A stretch of DNA of 33,901 bases, from the NCBI GenBank assembly GCA_028707415.1, contig JAQWBC010000001.1, positions 1-33,901 of the forward strand, read 5' to 3'. The position numbers were made by a program, and so were the translations under genes. Below the pieces are notes generated by a model, which was not told the origin of the DNA, did no database searches, and saw only the letters and a list, made by a program, of their open reading frames with translations. This document shows positions 27,587 through 33,901 of this stretch, in pieces (position 1 is the first letter of the stretch; every line of letters starts with the position of its first letter). Source of the DNA: Candidatus Izemoplasmatales bacterium (lineage in GTDB: Bacteria > Bacillota_I > Bacilli_A > Izemoplasmatales > Hujiaoplasmataceae).

Positions 27587-29260
27587 ATGCAAACAGTTTT
27601 ATTGGACGGACATCTATTTAAACAAATGGTAACTAACGGAAGCTACAAATTGCGCAGTTGCGTGGATCGCATCAACGAATTAAATGTCTTTCCAGTTCCT
27701 GATGGAGACACAGGATCGAATATGTACGCAACAATCCAGGCTGGAGTTAAGTCGCTTTATTCGATCAATGACGCTTCAATTGGTAATGTTGCCAAAATCG
27801 TTGCCAGAGGAATGTTGATGGGCGCTCGCGGGAATTCTGGAGTTATTCTCTCACAACTTTTTAGCGGTCTCGCTGCTGGTTTAAAAGGGATTGATCAAGT
27901 TGATATCGAGACTTTTTCTAAAGCTTTACGTCAAGGGGTTGAACAAGCCTACTCGGCAGTAATTAATCCTGTTGAAGGAACAATCTTGACTGTTGCCAGA
28001 GAAGCAGCTGATGTGGGAATATCCGTGGCTAAAACCACAAAGGATTTTGAAGAATTCTTTAAGTACTACATTGAAGAATTAAATGCCTCGCTAGTTCGGA
28101 CTCCCGATTTGCTGCCGATTTTGAAAGAAGTCGGCGTCATTGATTCGGGTGGAGCTGGATATATTGAAATTGTTAATGGGATGGTGGGCGTTTTGAATGG
28201 TGTCATTTACAATGAAAGCAAAGACACCCAAATGGATTACGAAAAGCCGAAAATGAATATGGATGCATTCAAAGATGAAGAAAATTTTGGATACTGCACC
28301 GAGTTTATTATGCAGGTTGAAAGAGTAGACGAATTTGTCCTAAATGACTTCATTGCCATGATTTCCCCTCTTGGCAATTCTTTAGTCGCTGTCCAAGATG
28401 AAAATATTGTTAAAGTGCATATTCATACCCAAACACCGGGCGATGTTTTGAATTTAGGGCAACGCTTTGGGTTCTTCATCAACCTTAAAATTGAAAACAT
28501 GTCAATCCAACATACCGAAGTTGTATTGCATGAGCCGACTTCAGAAACGGAGCCATGCGAATGTGGGCATGATCATTCCCCTAAGGTCACTCCTAAAATC
28601 AAACGTAAATATGCCATTGTCGCTGTTGTCAATGGTGACGGTCTTAAGGATACGTTCATTGAAATGGGATGCGATTATATCATCGCAGGCGGGCAAACGA
28701 TGAACCCCTCAATTGAAGATTTTGTGACCGCATGTAACGAGATTACCGCTGACCATATCATTATCATACCTAACAATAAAAACGTTCTGTTATCAGCAGA
28801 AACCGCTGCTAAATTGATCGAAAACAAAAATGTGAGGGTTTTACCAGCCAAGACGATATCTCAGGGCTATGCGGCATTAACGATGTTTGATGCCACGATG
28901 GATATCGACCATAATTTAGATGATATGAAAGCTCATATAAAAAATGTTAAATCCGGAGAAGTGACTTATGCGATTCGCGATAGTGTCAATAACGGAATTA
29001 ACATCAAAAAGAACGATTTTATTGGTATCTATGATGATGAAATCATCTCAGCTGATTTGTCACGAATTGCGGTGGCAGAAAAATTGATTCATCAGATGAT
29101 TGATGCTGATAGTGAAATTGTGACAATAATGTATGGCAAAGATGTTGATGTCGCTGAAGTTGATGTTTTAGTCGATTCCTTGTCAGAAAATAAGATGATT
29201 GAAGTCGAAACCATCAATGGCGGTCAGGGTATATATTCATATATCATATCTGTAGAATAA
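27587..29260 (+). CDS. yloV: DAK2-domain fusion protein YloV family
   Basis: N-terminal Dak2 motifs (LNVFPVPDGDTGSNM, GARGNSGVILSQ). The C-terminal half is DegV/YloV-like. 557 aa. It is divergent from rpmB as in Bacillus. RBS GGAGG. Confidence 0.85.
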   Translation: MQTVLLDGHLFKQMVTNGSYKLRSCVDRINELNVFPVPDGDTGSNMYATIQAGVKSLYSINDASIGNVAKIVARGMLMGARGNSGVILSQLFSGLAAGLKGIDQVDIETFSKALRQGVEQAYSAVINPVEGTILTVAREAADVGISVAKTTKDFEEFFKYYIEELNASLVRTPDLLPILKEVGVIDSGGAGYIEIVNGMVGVLNGVIYNESKDTQMDYEKPKMNMDAFKDEENFGYCTEFIMQVERVDEFVLNDFIAMISPLGNSLVAVQDENIVKVHIHTQTPGDVLNLGQRFGFFINLKIENMSIQHTEVVLHEPTSETEPCECGHDHSPKVTPKIKRKYAIVAVVNGDGLKDTFIEMGCDYIIAGGQTMNPSIEDFVTACNEITADHIIIIPNNKNVLLSAETAAKLIENKNVRVLPAKTISQGYAALTMFDATMDIDHNLDDMKAHIKNVKSGEVTYAIRDSVNNGINIKKNDFIGIYDDEIISADLSRIAVAEKLIHQMIDADSEIVTIMYGKDVDVAEVDVLVDSLSENKMIEVETINGGQGIYSYIISVE

Positions 29261-29285
29261 ACATTTTGTATTTTCATATTCCCGA

Positions 29286-29323
29286 AAACATCAGATTACA
29301 GAAACATATCTGATGTTTTTTTA
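29286..29323 (+). terminator. Rho-independent terminator after yloV
   Basis: Stem AACATCAGAT/ATCTGATGTT (29287-29296 and 29308-29317) followed by a T-run. Confidence 0.75.
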
Positions 29324-29412
29324 TTGGACAAAGTGCATTTAAATTCCAACGATATTAAATGAATATGCTACAATAGTAGTTGATTAGATTTCTCGGATAG
29401 GATGCGAGTAAG

Positions 29413-31416
29413 ATGGGGGATTTATTAACTGTTAAAGGTATTGGCAAAGTCATCGAAGGCAAACTGAGCAATATAGGAATTAATAATTGCCTCGATTTAA
29501 TTCGTGCTTTTCCTCAAAGATATGAAACTCACCGGATTGCCACATACGGAGAAGCCGAACTATCCAAAGAGATTGTCTTATCGGCGACCATTGTCAAAAA
29601 TGCTTCTGTTGCATATATTCGTCGCAAACTGACAAAAATGACATTTGTTGCGAATATTGCCCAGCACGAAGTCAGCGTTGCAATATATAATCGTGAATTT
29701 CTTCGTTCGAGTATGATCAAAGGAGCAGAAGTTGTTATTACCGGTCGGTTCGAATATGATTTCAAGCGTTTTATGGCAACGGATTTACAACTAAAAAAAA
29801 ATTACCAAGAGGGCATCATCCCGATTTATAATGTTTATAATTTCAGCGACAAAGTCTTCGCTAAAATCGTTGAAGGAGCTTATCTTCTTGTCAAAGATCA
29901 ACTCATAGATGACATTCCCAAGGCTTTACTGGAAAAACGACAAATAATTATGATCGCTGATTTTTATCGAATTGTTCATCATCCTTTGACCCAAACGGAC
30001 ATCACGAACGCTTCTTTACGGATTAAATATGATGAACTTTTAAAATTCGCTTTGAAAATTGTTTGTATGAAGTCAATCAATGAACAAATCATTACTCGAG
30101 CAAAGACCTATGACATTTCGCAAGTGCGTCATTTTATTGCCAGCTTACCTTTTGAATTAACAGATGATCAAAAGACGGTTACCAATGAAATATTTCGCGA
30201 TTTGAAAAAACCCCGACAAATGATGCGTTTGCTTCAAGGCGATGTTGGTAGTGGCAAGACGATTGTGGCGATAATTGCCGCTTTTGCGGTAGTATCAGGC
30301 GATGAGCAAGTAGTGGTTATGGCTCCCACAGAGATCTTGGCTCATCAGCATTTTGAGACCTTTACAAAGTTATTAAGTCCATATGGAGTTAATATCGCTT
30401 TCCTATCTTCACTTGTAAATGAAAGGGACAAGAGTCAGATCCGAAACGAGTTAGAAACCGGAACGATAAATATCATTATTGGAACTCATGCTTTGATTCA
30501 AGATCAAATTCATTTCCATCGTCTTGGATTGGTGATTATTGATGAACAGCATCGATTTGGGGTAAGACAACGAAAAGCTCTTCGGGAAAAAGGCTGGACT
30601 CCTGATGTGCTGCTTATGAGCGCTACGCCCATTCCGAGGACTTTAGCAATATCGTTTTTTGGTGACATGGATGTATCATCAATTCGATCAATGCCGGAAG
30701 GACGAAAGAAAATCATTACCACTGTTAATGATTATTCACACTATAAAGAAGTTTTAGAGCATTGTGTTATTGAACTAAAGAAGGGACACCAGGTTTATAT
30801 TATTGTTCCGTTAATTTCGGAAAACTCAAAAATCGAATTTGCTGCTGTTGATACTGTTCTTTATGAGTTGCGTCAAATAATACCGACTGATTTTCCAATT
30901 GCTGCTTTACATGGCAAAATGACGGGTGAGGAAAAAAACAAGATTTTGTCCGCTTTTTCGCATCATAAAATTGCGGTTTTGGTTGCGACAACAATTGTTG
31001 AAGTCGGTGTTGACGTGCCCAACGCAACCGAAATGATAATTTTGGATTGTGAACGCTTTGGACTTTCGCAATTACATCAGTTAAGGGGACGAGTTGGTAG
31101 GGGTGGAAACCAGGCATATTGTCACCTACTAACTGATTCGATTCTAATAGGAACTAACCGATTCGCGATTCTAGAAACGACAACTGATGGATTTGCGATT
31201 AGTGAAGAGGATTTACGTCAACGAGGTCCAGGGGAGATTTTTGGAGAAGAACAAACCGGAATACCCAAATTTCGGATGGCAAATTTGATAATCGATCAAA
31301 GCCTTGTGGAGCAAGCCTTTGAGGATGCACGTACGCTTTTGACCAGTTCAGATCCCCTCTCCCAAGAGTTAGTCGCTAAGACTTTTTTCGGGATCAAAGA
31401 ACCAAATCTAGATTAA
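29413..31416 (+). CDS. recG: ATP-dependent DNA helicase RecG
   Basis: 667 aa. N-terminal VKGIGKV...FPQRYE wedge region and SF2 helicase motifs GDVGSGKT, DEQHRFGV, SATPIPRT and HQLRGRVGRG. Confidence 0.95.
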   Translation: MGDLLTVKGIGKVIEGKLSNIGINNCLDLIRAFPQRYETHRIATYGEAELSKEIVLSATIVKNASVAYIRRKLTKMTFVANIAQHEVSVAIYNREFLRSSMIKGAEVVITGRFEYDFKRFMATDLQLKKNYQEGIIPIYNVYNFSDKVFAKIVEGAYLLVKDQLIDDIPKALLEKRQIIMIADFYRIVHHPLTQTDITNASLRIKYDELLKFALKIVCMKSINEQIITRAKTYDISQVRHFIASLPFELTDDQKTVTNEIFRDLKKPRQMMRLLQGDVGSGKTIVAIIAAFAVVSGDEQVVVMAPTEILAHQHFETFTKLLSPYGVNIAFLSSLVNERDKSQIRNELETGTINIIIGTHALIQDQIHFHRLGLVIIDEQHRFGVRQRKALREKGWTPDVLLMSATPIPRTLAISFFGDMDVSSIRSMPEGRKKIITTVNDYSHYKEVLEHCVIELKKGHQVYIIVPLISENSKIEFAAVDTVLYELRQIIPTDFPIAALHGKMTGEEKNKILSAFSHHKIAVLVATTIVEVGVDVPNATEMIILDCERFGLSQLHQLRGRVGRGGNQAYCHLLTDSILIGTNRFAILETTTDGFAISEEDLRQRGPGEIFGEEQTGIPKFRMANLIIDQSLVEQAFEDARTLLTSSDPLSQELVAKTFFGIKEPNLD

Positions 31417-31447
31417 ATATGATATACTTGATAAAGAGGTGTTTTTG

Positions 31448-32464
31448 ATGATTAAAATCGCAGTTGATGCAATGGGTGGCGATTTCGCACCGAAAGAACA
31501 AATTGAGGGTGCGATGCTGGCTATAAAAAAGATTCCGGATATTGTAATTAATCTTTATGGTGATGAAACGGAAATCGGCAAATACTTGACGAATCGAGAG
31601 CGAATTCAGGTGATTCCCGCATACTATGTAATCCCGATGGGAGAAACAAATCCCATAAAAGCGATCAAAGACCATCCCGATTCTTCAATGGCACTTGCGC
31701 TCGCAAGTCTTCGTAAAGGCGAAAGCGACGCCGCTGTTTGCAGTGGCGCAACGCAAGCCTTAATCGCTGGAGCTCACATTTTGGTCCGGCGAATGGCTGG
31801 CTTTCGTCGAACAGCAATTGCACCAACGATTCCATCGTTTAATGGTAAAGGAACAATTCTCCTCGATTGTGGAGCTAACTTAGAAATACGTCCCGAGCAT
31901 ATGTTACAACAGGCTTTTTTTGCGGTTGTGTATGCTAAAGAAGTTCTGAAACGTGATAATCCGGTCGTTGGGTTAATCAATATCGGAACTGAAGAAGGGA
32001 AAGGGCGCGAGCTGGATAAACAAGTTTTTGAATTATTTACTGCTAAAAAAATGTTTGCTTTCTGCGGCAATGTTGAAACGAAGGAAATCTTAGATCCCCC
32101 TTGTGACATTTTGATTTCGGATGGTTATACTGCCGACATCGTCATGAAAACGATGGAAGGAACCGCAAAAGGCATGGGCATGTTTTTAAAACGCGAATTG
32201 AGTCGATCTTTTTGGGGTAAAATGGGAGCTTTTATTGCGAGAAAAAATCTCAAAAACTTCAAAAAAGCGATGTCTGCCGAAGAAATCGGCGGAGCGATGA
32301 TCTTTGGATTATATGCCCCTGTAATCAAAGCACAAGGGGCTTCAAAGGCCTATGGTTTTTCTAATGCTATCCGTCAGGCTGCCAATGTGGTTCGTAACGA
32401 AGTATATCCGAAAGTTGCCAAATATGTTCAAGAATCAGGAGCTCAATTTGGAAATGAAGAATAA
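31448..32464 (+). CDS. plsX: Phosphate acyltransferase PlsX
   Basis: MIKIAVDAMGGDFAP N-terminus, about 338 aa. ATG at 31448 follows AGAGGTG; the ORF-track start at 31439 overlaps the RBS. Confidence 0.92.
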   Translation: MIKIAVDAMGGDFAPKEQIEGAMLAIKKIPDIVINLYGDETEIGKYLTNRERIQVIPAYYVIPMGETNPIKAIKDHPDSSMALALASLRKGESDAAVCSGATQALIAGAHILVRRMAGFRRTAIAPTIPSFNGKGTILLDCGANLEIRPEHMLQQAFFAVVYAKEVLKRDNPVVGLINIGTEEGKGRELDKQVFELFTAKKMFAFCGNVETKEILDPPCDILISDGYTADIVMKTMEGTAKGMGMFLKRELSRSFWGKMGAFIARKNLKNFKKAMSAEEIGGAMIFGLYAPVIKAQGASKAYGFSNAIRQAANVVRNEVYPKVAKYVQESGAQFGNEE

Positions 32465-33161
32465 ATTAAAAGATCTTGAAGCTTATTTCGGCCTCAATTT
32501 TCATAATTTTCAGTTGTTGGAACGAGCGATGACGCATTCGTCATATGCTAATGAACACAACACGTCTAGCAATGAGCGACTCGAATTTGTCGGCGACGCG
32601 GTTGTCAATCTGGCAGTGGGACGGTTTTTGTATGATCATTTGCCATATGATGAAGGTGTTTTAACTAAGAAACGGGCTCAAGCAGTATGTGAAGGCAGTC
32701 TATGCGAATATGCAAAAAGCTTCAACCTTGGTCATTTTTTGTTACTGGGTAAAGGGGAGGAAAAGAACCGTGGTCGCGAAAAGCCGGCTGTGCTTGCGGA
32801 TGCTTTTGAAGCCTTTTTGGGAGCGATTTTCCTTGATCACGGTTATGAAGAAATCAATAAAGTACTTAACAAAGTGGTGTTTCCTAACATAAGTATTTCA
32901 CTCGAAGAAGAGGACAACGATTATAAAAGCAAATTGCAGGAATTAGTTCAATCTGATAAGCGGACTCTCAATTACGTCATTGTCGGGGAATCAGGACCGG
33001 CGCATGATAAAGAATTCATCGCTCGGGTTTATATGGACGATGATATCATTATGGGTGAGGGCAATGGTAAAACCAAAAAAGAAGCCGAACAAAATGCCGC
33101 TCGGATTACACTAGAAAAGCTCGCCCAAGGAGATAATACCGATTCAGTGAAGGGGGAATAA
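32454..33161 (+). CDS. rnc: Ribonuclease III
   Basis: MKNKLKDLEAYFGLNF...LLERAMTHSSY, the catalytic signature ERLEFVGDAV, and a C-terminal dsRBD (GPAHDKEF...GNGKTKKEAEQNAA). It overlaps the plsX end by 11 nt. The ORF-track start at 32352 lies inside plsX and is rejected. Confidence 0.92.
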   Translation: MKNKLKDLEAYFGLNFHNFQLLERAMTHSSYANEHNTSSNERLEFVGDAVVNLAVGRFLYDHLPYDEGVLTKKRAQAVCEGSLCEYAKSFNLGHFLLLGKGEEKNRGREKPAVLADAFEAFLGAIFLDHGYEEINKVLNKVVFPNISISLEEEDNDYKSKLQELVQSDKRTLNYVIVGESGPAHDKEFIARVYMDDDIIMGEGNGKTKKEAEQNAARITLEKLAQGDNTDSVKGE

Positions 33162-33163
33162 CC

Positions 33164-33829
33164 ATGAATCTGCCATTGACAATCAAGTGGATTAATGACG
33201 GTATCATCGATTTTAGTCAATTAATATTGCAAAATTACAATAATATCGGTCTAAATGAGACCGATGCTTTTGTCATTATTGAGTTGCATAAACAATTCAA
33301 ATCAGGAATTACTTCAATCGATCCGAAAAAAATTGTCAACAGGGTTTCTGTATCACTTGATGAGTTACTAGTAATTTTGAATCGGTTGATGCAAGATAAT
33401 TTTTTATCGATGGAAATTGTTATGACGGAATCGGGAAAAGAAGCGGAAATTTTTAATTTAAACAATACAGTTGAAAAAATTCTAAAATATAACCATCAAA
33501 TCATGGATGGTCTTGTAATCAATCAAGCAAAAACATTTGCTACAAGTGAAGAAGAATTGGTTGATATGATTGAGAACCAATTGCAGAAACAATTGACTCC
33601 TTTAGAAATTGAGATTATCCGAAAATGGATTGCGGAGGATCGTTATCCAATATTTGATATCAAAAAGGCATTACTGGATGCCGTAAAGGCAAATAAGGCA
33701 TCATTGAGTTATGTCGATGGTATTCTTCTTAAACGCCATAACATAGATAAAAAAAATAAGGCAGAGCAAAACCTGGCCGAAGAGCCAGAAGCTTTGAAAA
33801 CCTTTTTTGAATCATGGCCCAAAAAATGA
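33164..33829 (+). CDS. dnaD: DnaD-domain replication initiation protein
   Basis: N-terminal winged-helix-like region. The C-terminal motif LTPLEIEIIRKWIAEDRYPIFDIKKALLDAV...LSYVDGILLKRHN is the DnaD domain. It is followed by nth as in B. subtilis dnaD-nth. Confidence 0.8.
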   Translation: MNLPLTIKWINDGIIDFSQLILQNYNNIGLNETDAFVIIELHKQFKSGITSIDPKKIVNRVSVSLDELLVILNRLMQDNFLSMEIVMTESGKEAEIFNLNNTVEKILKYNHQIMDGLVINQAKTFATSEEELVDMIENQLQKQLTPLEIEIIRKWIAEDRYPIFDIKKALLDAVKANKASLSYVDGILLKRHNIDKKNKAEQNLAEEPEALKTFFESWPKK

Positions 33830-33901
33830 TTGAACAAGATGCGTACATATATCACGAGATTACACGACTTTTCCCCAATGCTCGCTGTGAATTAAAGTAT
33901 A
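33826..33901 (+). CDS. nth: Endonuclease III, 3' end cut by window edge
   Basis: ATG overlaps the dnaD stop (ATGA). MIEQDAYIYHEITRLFPNARCELKY matches the conserved Nth N-terminus (LFP.A.CEL). Only 25 codons are visible. Confidence 0.7.
   Translation, partial: MIEQDAYIYHEITRLFPNARCELKY

Noticed and set aside
1-33901. Possibility of Mollicutes genetic code 4 (TGA = Trp)
   Set aside because: All conserved genes, including the 1489-codon polC, are full length with no in-frame TGA under the standard code. Trp positions use TGG, and TGA terminates fpg, coaE, rqcH, dnaD and other genes.
1-33901. Searched for CRISPR arrays, tRNA/rRNA genes, IS elements, integrases, prophage genes, toxin-antitoxin pairs and defence-island-like gene clusters
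   Set aside because: No direct-repeat/spacer structure was found and no intergenic gap is large enough for an RNA gene other than the two T-box leaders. No ORF has transposase, recombinase, nuclease-NTPase or other defence-type motifs. Essentially every ORF is assignable to a housekeeping family.

Overview
This AT-rich window is dense, almost entirely plus-strand, core housekeeping DNA from a low-GC Firmicute or Mollicutes-related bacterium (Erysipelotrichia, Acholeplasma or Izemoplasma-like). It uses the standard code: every long ORF is intact with TGA as stop and TGG as Trp. The gene order reads like compressed, rearranged pieces of three Bacillus subtilis neighbourhoods. The first is mutM-coaE-(nrdR)-dnaB-dnaI-thrS. 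The second is the 'ylo' cluster: rqcH, gmk, rpoZ, rlmN, rsgA, rpe, thiN, rpmB, yloV, recG, plsX, rnc. The third is dnaD-nth. Inserted among these are polC, a BI-1-like membrane protein, pheST, an ABC-2 exporter pair, pfkA-rubrerythrin and two tandem HtrA-like proteases. I can support about 30 CDSs, two T-box leaders (thrS with predicted ACC specifier, pheS with predicted UUC specifier), several Rho-independent terminators and several sigma-A-type promoters. I found no tRNA or rRNA genes, CRISPR arrays, transposases, integrases, phage genes or recognisable defence or toxin modules. I do not see convincing evidence of a novel multi-gene system. The items most worth a second look are: (1) rsgA is split by a 1-nt frameshift in a T6 run. 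(2) Two probable lipoprotein S1C proteases carry an unusual Thr-rich linker plus an acidic Tyr-rich repeat module. (3) An unrecognisable 121-aa ORF sits in the slot normally occupied by nrdR, tightly packed (5-nt and 14-nt gaps) within the fpg-coaE-X-dnaB-dnaI operon. (4) The rpmB and yloV promoters are mirror images of each other. (5) The PFK has a mixed ATP/PPi signature. All homology calls come from recognising motifs in the translations by eye, since no searches were run.
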